The notes: generated by a model not told the origin, from the letters alone. Positions 8,744 to 18,199 are shown, numbered from the stretch's first letter. The stretch: DNA of 41,902 bases from a virus (IMGVR_UViG_2778261315_000003), one strand, 5' to 3'. A program made the numbers and translations.

Positions 8744-9436
8744 ATGAATACCAAACCTTCCATCTTTTCCTTTGAGTCATCCTGCCAGATCCGTATGTTC
8801 ATGATTGACGGAGAACCTTGGTTTGTCACCAAAGATGTGTGCAATGCTTTGAATATTGATGTTACACAAGCGAGAAAACTTGATAAAAAAGGCTGGAACA
8901 AAAAGGGGCTGTATTCAATACAGACCCCTGGTGGAATACAAGAACTATCCATCGTTTCAGAATCAGGTCTCTACATCCTTATTCTGCGTTGCAAAGAGGC
9001 AATGACTGAAGGAACGAGAGCATTCAGATTTCTTGAATGGGTTACAGGTGAGGTTCTTCCTCAGATCCGCCGCACCGGAAGTTACATTAAAAACTCGCTC
9101 CCGCAGGAAGAACGCATAAAGATGGTTGCCGACCAGGTAGCCAACGCCACGGCGTCAGCAGTAATGCAGGCGATGAAGATAGAGAACAAAACCTACAGTG
9201 CCCCACTGAAGCCCGGCTACCGCAGCCTGATTCATTCTCCGTCTGGTGTTCTCGGCCTGACGGAGAACTCACTGCTGATGAATCTGCTGAACCAGTTACA
9301 GGACGACGGGCACGACGTATCGGGCGCGGCGGCGGAGCTGACCACCATGTTCTGTTACATCGTTGGTGTGAGCAAATGCCTGCGTGATATCCAGACACAC
9401 GCAGAGTACATCAATGACAAGGCAGGGTTCTTCTGA
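8744..9436 (+). CDS. Bro-N domain protein, putative antirepressor
   Basis: Bro-N signature FSFE...IRMFMIDGEPWFVTKDVCNALNI...TPGGIQ...SESGLYILILR...FLEWVTGEVLPQIRRTGSY; start at Met 8744 with AGGTGA RBS. Confidence 0.8.
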   Translation: MNTKPSIFSFESSCQIRMFMIDGEPWFVTKDVCNALNIDVTQARKLDKKGWNKKGLYSIQTPGGIQELSIVSESGLYILILRCKEAMTEGTRAFRFLEWVTGEVLPQIRRTGSYIKNSLPQEERIKMVADQVANATASAVMQAMKIENKTYSAPLKPGYRSLIHSPSGVLGLTENSLLMNLLNQLQDDGHDVSGAAAELTTMFCYIVGVSKCLRDIQTHAEYINDKAGFF

Positions 9437-9521
9437 CGGGCGGCGGCACATGGATGTGCCTACAATTATCAATAATTGTTTACACTCGTTGCAGTTAAAA
9501 GCATTATACTCATGTTTAAAA

Positions 9522-9536
9522 TTACCCGATTGGTAA
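9522..9536. promoter_or_regulatory. palindromic operator-like site TTACCCGATTGGTAA
   Basis: Perfect TTACC-N5-GGTAA, 22 bp upstream of the 9558 start codon. Confidence 0.6.
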
Positions 9537-9557
9537 AGTCGATTGGTTGAGGTTCAT

Positions 9558-9884
9558 ATGAGCAGAAGATATGTCAAGGAGCTGGCTATAGAGTCTGGCA
9601 CCCCTTTGGGTATCGTTCCTGGCTCCAACTATGCCAAGGCTTTAAACCGAGACTCTGTCGTCAAAGTTATATCAAGAGACATGAATATGGTCGGAGACGA
9701 TCTCAGACGGTCAGAAAATCGTGTTTATGCTGAATATATAGTAAAGAACGGAAAAAAAATTGCAGCGCCTGCTGGCGGAAAATGGGCAATAGTGACAGGG
9801 AAAAACTCAAATGCAAGAGGAAAACCAGAAGCTAAAGGAATGTCCTTCGACAAATATGCAAAAATCTATTGGGCAACCAAGTGA
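9558..9884 (+). CDS. hypothetical basic protein (about 108 aa)
   Basis: ORF with GAGGT RBS; Lys/Arg-rich; first gene of an operator-controlled two-gene cassette. Confidence 0.45.
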   Translation: MSRRYVKELAIESGTPLGIVPGSNYAKALNRDSVVKVISRDMNMVGDDLRRSENRVYAEYIVKNGKKIAAPAGGKWAIVTGKNSNARGKPEAKGMSFDKYAKIYWATK

Positions 9885-10359
9885 TAACGAAGAAACTGAG
9901 TTCGAGGAAGTTGAGGAAGGGCTAAGTAACGAGATCATTCAACACCCAGATGCCTTCACAAGAGTTCTTGATCGCCCTGAAATTCAGGAGATAGTTGTCG
10001 CTCACCATGCGTTTCAGGGTCCGCTTCCTCCCCCCTATCTGCTTCGCGGGTATCAGGATATTTTACCTGATGCCCCCGAACGCATCTTCCAGCTGACGGA
10101 GAAGGAGTTTGCTCACCGCCAGAAAATGGAGGAAAAGGCACTTGACGGGGCTATTAATAGAGATAAACGTGGGCAGTGGTTTGGCCTGAGTGCAACTATT
10201 TTTACAGTAGCTTGTGCAACATTATTAGGTTTAACAGGTCATGAAGTTCTAGCTGGCACAGTGATCGGTACAGTTGTTGCAGTGGCTGGTATTTTCGTTC
10301 TTAGACAAAAACCAAGCATCAAGAAGAAATCTGAAGACAACAAACCTGAAGAAAAGTAA
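9856..10359 (+). CDS. membrane protein, DUF2335-like (2 C-terminal TM helices)
   Basis: Acidic N-terminal region; motif HHAFQGPLPPPYLLRGYQDILPDAPERIF as recalled for DUF2335; two TM helices near C-terminus; start could be 9811 or 9856. Confidence 0.55.
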   Translation: MQKSIGQPSDNEETEFEEVEEGLSNEIIQHPDAFTRVLDRPEIQEIVVAHHAFQGPLPPPYLLRGYQDILPDAPERIFQLTEKEFAHRQKMEEKALDGAINRDKRGQWFGLSATIFTVACATLLGLTGHEVLAGTVIGTVVAVAGIFVLRQKPSIKKKSEDNKPEEK

Positions 10360-10382
10360 GCCCGCGCTGCGGGCTTTTTTGT
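10359..10382 (+). terminator. rho-independent terminator
   Basis: GCCCGC-GCTG-CGGGC followed by TTTTTTG immediately after the stop codon. Confidence 0.6.
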
Positions 10383-10452
10383 GGGCGAAACAAAAGTCAG
10401 TGCTACACTCATTGACGCCACATTGAGGTGGTTTATAGATGGAAATTTCACA

Positions 10453-10614
10453 ATGAAAAAAGCATTTGCTGCACTGTTCGTTTTGTTGTCTCTGGTAGCT
10501 TCAACTCAGGCCTTTGCCGGTCGTTGTCAGCACGACAGCGATACTGCCGCTGACGGCTCCCGCTGCGGTGGGCATTCTGCGGATTCCCGCCCGGGCGGCG
10601 GTGGCATTCGTTAA
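10453..10614 (+). CDS. small secreted Cys-containing peptide (about 53 aa)
   Basis: Start at internal Met MKKAFAALFVLLSLVASTQAFA (signal peptide), Gly/Ser/Asp-rich mature part with 2 Cys; candidate TTGACG-16-TATAGA promoter upstream; terminators on both sides. Confidence 0.45.
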   Translation: MKKAFAALFVLLSLVASTQAFAGRCQHDSDTAADGSRCGGHSADSRPGGGGIR

Positions 10615-10645
10615 AAACAAGGCCGCGAAAGCGGCCTGTTTGATC
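10612..10645. terminator. bidirectional terminator between convergent genes
   Basis: GGCCGC-GAAA-GCGGCC hairpin flanked by A-run on one side and T-run on the other. Confidence 0.55.
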
Positions 10646-11495
10646 ACTGTGCAGTTTTCGCTGATCGATTTTCAGCTCTAAATTCAAGAACCGTTTCAAT
10701 ATTTCTTTCCTTCAGCATATCAATAACATTTTTATTCATTTGACTATCACTGGTTAATAACTGGTAAACGTTGCTTCTCTCTTTATCAGAGTTTTCTTTA
10801 ACAGCTGCTTTGCATGCCAAATGCTTATTGAAATTTTCTACATCGCTAGTACAGGAATTTACGGCTGCTGATGAAATATCAGACGCTGAAGAAACACCGT
10901 CATCCAAACGTTTTATAGCATTTTCTATACATGAGTTAAGGGAATAAACGACAACTGAGCGATACCCTTCAGACGCACACCATTCTAAATTTCTTGAAGG
11001 ATCGAGTGGTTTTACTTCGCTGGATTGAATTAACTTGTCAAAAACTGACTTATATTCAATCTGTTTTTTATCTATAGCCCATACTTCAGTAGCTGATTTA
11101 TAATTCCCCGTATGCCTATTAACATCAAATCCATGTTTTATAAGCAAATCTGCCCATGAAAGATTTATTGATTCATTGTTATGAGGCCATTTTCCTGTCA
11201 GAACCGCCCCCATAGACCCCATATATCCGCCATATGATGGTATAGCACCATGGCTCAGTAACTTCTCTGCAACCACAGGGCAATTAATTACATAAGAGGC
11301 GTAAAGCCCATTCCATAAAGCCCCTCTATAGTAATCGCCACGATTAGGTTCTTTTAAGTCGATAGCCTTTGATAATTGTTCGCACGTTTTGCATGCATCA
11401 AAGTTATCCTTATTGCATTGCAATGAACTGGCAGCTGTAGGATTTACAGAGACTATTGAAAGCACTATGCCAAAAAACAAATTTATTTTTTTCAT
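10644..11495 (-). CDS. AT-rich secreted protein of unknown function (moron), possibly ankyrin-repeat-like
   Basis: 283 aa; N-terminal signal peptide MKKINLFFGIVLSIVSVNPTAA; visibly lower G+C than neighbours; segments ...AEKLLSHGA... and ...ADLLIKHGFDVN... loosely fit ankyrin consensus; start 1 bp after the gp16-like stop. Confidence 0.7.
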   Translation of the reverse strand: MKKINLFFGIVLSIVSVNPTAASSLQCNKDNFDACKTCEQLSKAIDLKEPNRGDYYRGALWNGLYASYVINCPVVAEKLLSHGAIPSYGGYMGSMGAVLTGKWPHNNESINLSWADLLIKHGFDVNRHTGNYKSATEVWAIDKKQIEYKSVFDKLIQSSEVKPLDPSRNLEWCASEGYRSVVVYSLNSCIENAIKRLDDGVSSASDISSAAVNSCTSDVENFNKHLACKAAVKENSDKERSNVYQLLTSDSQMNKNVIDMLKERNIETVLEFRAENRSAKTAQ

Positions 11496-11496
11496 C

Positions 11497-14400
11497 CTAT
11501 TTCATCTGCTCTTCAACTTTATTTAGTAATGGTGATATCGCCCACAGATTCTGAAAAGGTAGCATTTTACGGACAGCGTGGGTTTGCTGGCTGTCAAATT
11601 CTCCGTTAAGTACACCATTTGCAACCGTCGCGGCATCACCGCCAAGATCAAAGGTAGGACCAAGTAAAGCACCAATAGCATTACGACTCTGAAACCTTGA
11701 TACCGGAGGCGCACCAAACATCGCGCCAAGACCAAACCTACCGCCGCTTATGTTCTCAACGGTATTCAGCGGCTCAGAGAGCCAGCCAAGCATTCCGCCC
11801 CGGTCGATCCCCTCTTTCACAAGGTTATTCCAGCTGTAGTCGATATCGCGACCGCTTAACTTCTGTTTCATCATATAGACCATTGAGCCAAGCGCAATCG
11901 TGCCAAGCGCACCAAGATAGAATGCAGCATCGCCCTGCTGGATACCAGATACCAGCACCCTGTTATGCTGTGCGAAGATAAACGTTTTGAACTGCGTGAT
12001 CATCTTCCAGCCTTCTTTACTAAAAAACAGCGGTGTATCACCTACGCCAGGCGTTACAATCACTGAGTCTACATCTTTCAGCACTGCAGACTGGAAAATC
12101 TCTCTAGCGAAACGGTCATCCCACAGATGACTATGCCCGGTTAACAGCCCGTCCATATCCTCTCCGTGCTTCCCGAATTGCTCCCCGATTCGGCGCAGAA
12201 CATCTTCATTGATGCCGACCTGTGCCATCTTCCGCATTTCACTTTTGGAGAGCGTGCCACCAGCAGAAACTTGGCGAGCCGCGTCAAGTATCCTCGACTG
12301 CACTATCATCCCAGACCATGATTTAAGTGCGCTGTTCCACTGATTCATCAGCGTCCAGTTACCGAATTTCTGCGTCATCCAGTTCAGACCTCGCTCAGCG
12401 GCGCTTCTCCGGCTATAGGGGTCAGTAAGATCCGCTATAGCCTTTGTACGCGTAGACAGGACATAATCAAGCCCAACGGCCATTTCTCGCAAATCCCTGG
12501 TTGCAATTTTCACTGAGTCCATATTTTTAAGCATGCTTACCATTGGTCCGAGAGATTTTCTCAGGCCATGCTGCATCATCGGTCGCATCAGATCAGTTGC
12601 AGCGGAGACGGTCATTCCACCAAGCAAACGGAGGAAGTTAATATTCCTAGCAACTCGCCCGGCACGAACAAAGAAACTGCGTGGATCTTGAGGTGCGCCG
12701 TAAGTACCAAGCAGTCGGTCACGCATAGCCGTAATATCCCTAATATCAGCCTCCCGTTGCTTCTCAAGAGCTGCACGTCGTTTAGGTGTTTTAGCCTCTT
12801 TTATTAGCCGGGTATATTCCTCACTAACCTGACGGATTTGCTCCCCCATATCTTTACGGCCAAACTGCGCAGTCAGCTCAATTTCTGGTGCCACCTGCCG
12901 GAGATAACTTTCCATGATGTAGTTAACATCTGATTCAAGAAAATCTTCTATACGCTCATCAGGAATAAGCAGCGTTCGGCTTTTAGTGAAACCAGCCCGA
13001 CCAACGAGTCTCTCTGGGATAATATCGGCTGGTACAAGCCCGGAAGGTGCGCCTATTATTTTATTCACGATCTCGTCAGCAGCGTCCTCTGCTTCCTCTC
13101 GGGATAGAGGCTCCATCTGCTTCAGTGCTCGCTCGCGGCTTGCATTCAGCCTTGTGGTTGAATTTGTCCGTTTTTGCAGTCGGCGAAGCTCAGAACGATA
13201 TTTCCGTGGATTATCCAGCAACTCCATATGGCGCTGATAGACAGGAAGCTCACTCTTTGCCTGCGCTATATCATCAAGGCGTGTTTTAAGGTCAGAGCTT
13301 TCTTTCATCATTCTTGCCTGAAGTTTTTCTGATAAAGTCTCGGCCAACTCTTTTTCTATTCTTGTAAGACGCGCCTGTGTGTCAGTCTCCTGAGATATAA
13401 GCTTATTTCGTTTATCCAGTTCTTCCATGAGTAGAATTTTTTTACCAGACCATTTCTCCGCTTCAGCGATTTCACTAGCGAGAGCATCAGCGCGCGGTGC
13501 TGATTCCTCTGCAGTTTTTAGCAATGAATTTATCTTTTCAATTCGCTGACCTGCTTTGTCAGCACCTTTGGCACTAATCCCTTGTATCCAGTTGGCAATT
13601 CGCCCTCTGAATTCAGTGCGGTCGGAAAGTATCTTATCGAACTTATAAATGCGGGGAAGATAACTTTTCGCCGTCACGACATCGATATCCTCAGGAAGGA
13701 TCCCCAGTTCCTGCATACGGGCTTTTGTGGTCTCGAAAATGGGGCGGATTCTGGCGGCTGCTTGTGAAACCTCAGGAATATCACTCTGATCACCACGGCG
13801 CATAGCCATGCCAACAGCTTCATTGAAATCAATAAAGTTCATCCTCTTCACGCCGCGGGCGCTAACAGATTTGCTGTACTGCTGGTAAGCATCACGAGTA
13901 GCTTCCATCTGCTTATAAAGCATGGCGTCGTATTGCTTAATCTTAGTCTCGACTGCCGTAAACGTAGCCAACCCCTCATCATTTTTGGCGAAGAAATAGT
14001 TATTTTCGGCAAGCTGCTGGTTAATCTGACGGGAAACAAGAGATGGTGATTGCGCCAAGCGGCCAGCAGGAGTGACACTCAACGTTTTGTTAGCAAGTCC
14101 AAGTCCAGCAAGCTGTTCCTGATCGAGTGTGGTATTGAAAACCTGAGCTGCACCAATGCTTTGAGGAGAATCCATACCTCGCAAATGATTACCTACTGAG
14201 TTAACCACTGCCTCGCGCGCGCTAGGTCCAGCAAGTAGCTGTGCACCAGCACCAAGGATCCCACCAACGAGAGCATCAACAACAACGTTCGATACGCTCT
14301 CCATCGGTGAGCGAGCTTCCTGAGTGGCCTGCAATGCGGCCTCTGAAGCAACACTGCCAGCAGCATTGGCTAAAGCAAAACGTCCGGCTGTTTCTGCAAT

Positions 14401-14886
14401 ACGACCGCCACGAACGACAGCGCCGAACGGAATAAACATAGAAATCGCATTGAATGGATCTGCTAATCTCATTGCTACAGAAGAGACTGTACCAGCAAAT
14501 CCCAAGCCTGAATTGTATTCCATGTCAGCTCTCTGCTGATCGATTCGATGTTTAATTGCCATTGTTTCTTCATGCGAACCGGAGTTGATAAACGAATCTG
14601 CAAAATCTTCATAGCCTTTAATATCTGCTGCATCGTTATCAAATGGGTTATATCCTTCAACCCTGTCAAACTGACTGAAAGGAGCACTGGCAATAAAGCT
14701 ACCCAGCGTGTTATCTATACGAAATGCTGCTTGTCTAGACCTTTGAACGCGTTGATCACTGGTAAATGGGTTCACAGCAGAAAGCAAAGAAGGTGTTTCC
14801 ATATAGAAATTACTGTCATCAGGTGCTGCTATTTGCTGAATATCCTCGCCAAGCAACTCTTTAGGATCCTGTTCATATATCGGCAT
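11497..14886 (-). CDS. internal virion (ejection) protein, T7 gp16-like
   Basis: 1129 aa; position after gp15-like gene; C-terminal region (..MITQFKTFIFAQHN.. / Gly-rich end) resembles T7 gp16 C-terminus by recall. Confidence 0.7.
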   Translation of the reverse strand: MPIYEQDPKELLGEDIQQIAAPDDSNFYMETPSLLSAVNPFTSDQRVQRSRQAAFRIDNTLGSFIASAPFSQFDRVEGYNPFDNDAADIKGYEDFADSFINSGSHEETMAIKHRIDQQRADMEYNSGLGFAGTVSSVAMRLADPFNAISMFIPFGAVVRGGRIAETAGRFALANAAGSVASEAALQATQEARSPMESVSNVVVDALVGGILGAGAQLLAGPSAREAVVNSVGNHLRGMDSPQSIGAAQVFNTTLDQEQLAGLGLANKTLSVTPAGRLAQSPSLVSRQINQQLAENNYFFAKNDEGLATFTAVETKIKQYDAMLYKQMEATRDAYQQYSKSVSARGVKRMNFIDFNEAVGMAMRRGDQSDIPEVSQAAARIRPIFETTKARMQELGILPEDIDVVTAKSYLPRIYKFDKILSDRTEFRGRIANWIQGISAKGADKAGQRIEKINSLLKTAEESAPRADALASEIAEAEKWSGKKILLMEELDKRNKLISQETDTQARLTRIEKELAETLSEKLQARMMKESSDLKTRLDDIAQAKSELPVYQRHMELLDNPRKYRSELRRLQKRTNSTTRLNASRERALKQMEPLSREEAEDAADEIVNKIIGAPSGLVPADIIPERLVGRAGFTKSRTLLIPDERIEDFLESDVNYIMESYLRQVAPEIELTAQFGRKDMGEQIRQVSEEYTRLIKEAKTPKRRAALEKQREADIRDITAMRDRLLGTYGAPQDPRSFFVRAGRVARNINFLRLLGGMTVSAATDLMRPMMQHGLRKSLGPMVSMLKNMDSVKIATRDLREMAVGLDYVLSTRTKAIADLTDPYSRRSAAERGLNWMTQKFGNWTLMNQWNSALKSWSGMIVQSRILDAARQVSAGGTLSKSEMRKMAQVGINEDVLRRIGEQFGKHGEDMDGLLTGHSHLWDDRFAREIFQSAVLKDVDSVIVTPGVGDTPLFFSKEGWKMITQFKTFIFAQHNRVLVSGIQQGDAAFYLGALGTIALGSMVYMMKQKLSGRDIDYSWNNLVKEGIDRGGMLGWLSEPLNTVENISGGRFGLGAMFGAPPVSRFQSRNAIGALLGPTFDLGGDAATVANGVLNGEFDSQQTHAVRKMLPFQNLWAISPLLNKVEEQMK

Positions 14887-17636
14887 TATTTGCCCCCTGC
14901 GTATATATTGCTCGGAAGGTAATTGGCTGAACCATAACCGAATGGTTTGGTCAGATCTGGAGGAGTATATCCATCTTTATTGCTGAACTGCGGCAGCGGA
15001 TTGCCTTCTCTCCGCACTCTAGCCTCATCAACACGCTGTTGCTGGAACTGAATGGTTTGCCTGTACATTGGAGATGTCAGCTGATCCGGCTTGAAACGAA
15101 CAGGGAGACCATTTTCTCCAATATAATTTCTCGGTTCTATCGCTCCGTTTGCGTCAGGCTGTAAAACCATAACAGCATAACTCCTATCCCTTGCCGTAAG
15201 GCCATCAGAAACAAGTATTAAGTCCGTATCACTGCGAGGACCGCCAAAGGATTTTGATTTAAGCTCGTGTTTTTCCTGCTCCCACTGCCCCTGTATCCAG
15301 TTACCAGCACCATTATTTACTCCGTACAATGCCTCAGGTGCATACTTCATAACCTCTGCTTTGCCATTAACTGTAGAAACTCCCCAGGTGGTTCTGATCA
15401 TGGCATTGGTCATTTTCTCAGCCTGTTCTGCATCGCCACCTGTCTGTACAAAGTTAGCATCGTAAATTGTCTGGTAATCTCGCTGATAGGCCGCATTTGA
15501 TTTTCCTGGATCGGTAATATCCGGAGACCACGAACCAAAGGAAGTCAGACTGCTGGCGTTATTTTGTGCAGCAGTTGCCCTCGCCGCGACATATTTTTTG
15601 TCTCGCATGGCAGTGGAAAGCATCTGTTTCATTCGGTCATCCTGTTGGAAAACCTGGCTGTAAGCCATATCAACAGCCTTATCCTCCGGCACGCCAGCGC
15701 GGGAATAATCGTAAACCTTGCCGTAAAATGCCATCGTACTTTTATCAAGTGTTGCCGCTGCCGCCGGATTATTATCGAATAACTGACCGTAGAATTTTGC
15801 CATCGGGACAACCAGCGCAGGATCTCTTGATGTTGCTCCACTGTTAAGCATTGTTTTAACCTGAGTTGGTATCATGCCGCTTTTAGTTGTGACGGTGACC
15901 AGTGTATTGATGCTCTGCGGATCAGATATGGAAAACGAAGGCGCGATATCCTGCGCGAAATAACGGTCTACCGCTGCCTGATTGTTTTTGTCGTTCGGGT
16001 CCAGCGGGAAGTTATTTTGCATTGAAGACACGAACCTGTTTCTTCCCTGCTGAATCTCCCACTCCCTATCCATCTCTTTAAATTTGGCCTGCATTTTCTC
16101 CCAGCGTTGCTGGTTAGCTGCAAATCCAGGAGTGTTTGGATCCTGTGGACGTAAACGTTCAAGAATGTCTTGTCGTCCTTCTGGAGTGAGGTCTTTAGCG
16201 GCACCAATGACACCTCCATATTGTATCTGCGCCTGCATATCCTTCCACTTCATAGCGCCAATGCGCGGACCATTGGCCCGGATAAAATCGTCCTCAGAAG
16301 GTAACTTCTCAGGTTTCAATCCTTCATCAAGGGCTGAATATGCATCTTTAACTACGGTGCTAAGCTGGTCCGCATACTGCTGGCGGTACTGATTTCTCAG
16401 CTCATTAGCCTGCCTCAATGCCTGTATTTGCATTTGAGGGCTCATAGCGTCAAATGCCGCATTGCCCGTATAACGCTTAGGTGAATCAAGGTTAGTTAGA
16501 CCAAGGGCTGCCGAGATACCAGTTTCAAGCTGTTCGGTGCTATAAGGCATACTGCCATTTTCGTGTTTAATAATCCCAGCACATAAAGCAGCTAGTGTCT
16601 TTGGGTTAGAGATATCAAGCTGATCATTCTCCCCAACACCAAGCTCACTACACAATGCCCTAATATAAGCATCAGTATTATTACCATCACTAGCCGGAGC
16701 ATAGCGATTAACAATCTCGCTAACGGTGTCATAGCCTTGACGCTGGTAAGACAACATATTTTTACCCAACGCGCGGATTCCATGCTCAGGGGTAGCAAAC
16801 GTTGCAAAACGTCCATCGCTACCGATCTGACCTTCCCACGGGTTAGATTTGCTCGCTTCAATATTACCAGGGTTATTATTACGTAAACCACGAGCATCCA
16901 ATGAATTACCATGTGATATTGCACGACTCACACCATCAAGATCCCCTGGCTCTCCATTAACCTGAAGAAACTCGTTGTATTTTTGAGCGATATTTCCTAT
17001 CCATGCTTGCTGCCCCATTTGTTCCTTGAGCTGAGTTTTCTGCTGAACACGCCACTCATCAGGAAGCCCATGCGCATCAGCGTATTGATCAATAGATTCA
17101 AATCGCTGCTTGGCTAAATCGACAAATGCTTGGTTATCGCTATATAGCCCCGCAGACTGAGTGACAGCCAATGCATTTCCTGACAAATACGTTTGATCTT
17201 GGAATTGCTGAAACTGCCCAACTTCATATCGACGTGCCTGATTGTAATAAGACTGCATAGACTGCTGGAGTTGAAAGGATAATTTATTCCTTTCCTCACT
17301 TTCAGGAATTGAGCCTAATAATGCCTGAGCCCTTTCCTGCATATTTTTCATAACAGCGTCACTCTGACCAAGAGCGTTTTTACCCTGTTTAGAAATCAGC
17401 CCATTTTCAGGGTTGTTAATCTGGTCATCTGCAAATTGGTTAAATTGCAGTAACGCCTCCTGGGCCATAGCAACATTCGCTTTCTGCCTGGCTTCACCAT
17501 ATGCCACCGCATACTGATCTGCGACATTCGCCAGCACCTGACCTGCTTGAGGAACATCGAAGGTCTGAAAACCACCGGTTTGCACACCACGACTTTGCAC
17601 CTGGCGTCCGGATGTAGTAGGAACAACAGGCATCAA
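14886..17636 (-). CDS. internal virion protein, T7 gp15-like, with central conserved motif block
   Basis: 916 aa; gene order gp14-gp15-gp16; central block RGLRNNNPGNIEASKSNPWEGQ...FATFATPEHGIRALGKNMLSYQRQGYDT looks like a conserved enzymatic or binding domain. Confidence 0.65.
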   Translation of the reverse strand: MMPVVPTTSGRQVQSRGVQTGGFQTFDVPQAGQVLANVADQYAVAYGEARQKANVAMAQEALLQFNQFADDQINNPENGLISKQGKNALGQSDAVMKNMQERAQALLGSIPESEERNKLSFQLQQSMQSYYNQARRYEVGQFQQFQDQTYLSGNALAVTQSAGLYSDNQAFVDLAKQRFESIDQYADAHGLPDEWRVQQKTQLKEQMGQQAWIGNIAQKYNEFLQVNGEPGDLDGVSRAISHGNSLDARGLRNNNPGNIEASKSNPWEGQIGSDGRFATFATPEHGIRALGKNMLSYQRQGYDTVSEIVNRYAPASDGNNTDAYIRALCSELGVGENDQLDISNPKTLAALCAGIIKHENGSMPYSTEQLETGISAALGLTNLDSPKRYTGNAAFDAMSPQMQIQALRQANELRNQYRQQYADQLSTVVKDAYSALDEGLKPEKLPSEDDFIRANGPRIGAMKWKDMQAQIQYGGVIGAAKDLTPEGRQDILERLRPQDPNTPGFAANQQRWEKMQAKFKEMDREWEIQQGRNRFVSSMQNNFPLDPNDKNNQAAVDRYFAQDIAPSFSISDPQSINTLVTVTTKSGMIPTQVKTMLNSGATSRDPALVVPMAKFYGQLFDNNPAAAATLDKSTMAFYGKVYDYSRAGVPEDKAVDMAYSQVFQQDDRMKQMLSTAMRDKKYVAARATAAQNNASSLTSFGSWSPDITDPGKSNAAYQRDYQTIYDANFVQTGGDAEQAEKMTNAMIRTTWGVSTVNGKAEVMKYAPEALYGVNNGAGNWIQGQWEQEKHELKSKSFGGPRSDTDLILVSDGLTARDRSYAVMVLQPDANGAIEPRNYIGENGLPVRFKPDQLTSPMYRQTIQFQQQRVDEARVRREGNPLPQFSNKDGYTPPDLTKPFGYGSANYLPSNIYAGGK

Positions 17637-18199
17637 TAACCTCCTATTTTGAATCGGGAGTCAGAATTCATAAAACCTGAGTTAGATAACATTGGCGTGT
17701 TTCCTTGCTTACTAATCGGATTGATACTTCCGCCACCCAACTTATATGCACCGTATGCTTTTAGTGGTGCCGTTAACAAAGTGCTGGTCATCGATGATTT
17801 AGCAGCCGACTGAGCAGCAGCCCCCTGTGCCTGAGCATTCATTCCCTGAACCTGATACCCATATGCCTCACGCTGAGCATTATTCACTGTCGTTAACGCA
17901 TCAAGAGTGCCGAACTGAGCATTATCCGCAAAAACGTCAAGAGCTGTTCCGCTACTTAATTCCGCACCGGTAGCCCCCATAGTGGCCGCCGCAGTGCCTG
18001 AGCGTTGACGCATTTCACGACGACGCTGATCCGCTTCAATATTCCCACGATTGATTGAATCCTGTGCCTGAGCTTCAGCAATTTCAGCATTCCGATCAGC
18101 TATGGCTGACTGGTATTTTGCCTGCTTGCTCTGGCTGTACATTGACGCGGCTGTGGATGCCACTGTGACGGCAACCAAAGCGATGGCTGGGTTACACAT
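17633..18199 (-). CDS. internal virion protein, T7 gp14-like
   Basis: 188 aa starting MCNPAIALVAVTVASTAAS..., Ala/Gln-rich; composition and start resemble T7 gp14 (MCWAAAIPIAISGAQA...). Confidence 0.65.
   Translation of the reverse strand: MCNPAIALVAVTVASTAASMYSQSKQAKYQSAIADRNAEIAEAQAQDSINRGNIEADQRRREMRQRSGTAAATMGATGAELSSGTALDVFADNAQFGTLDALTTVNNAQREAYGYQVQGMNAQAQGAAAQSAAKSSMTSTLLTAPLKAYGAYKLGGGSINPISKQGNTPMLSNSGFMNSDSRFKIGGY

Noticed and set aside
9087-9398. 103-aa minus-strand ORF
   Set aside because: Lies inside and antisense to the Bro-N gene; Arg/Ser/Pro-rich shadow frame.
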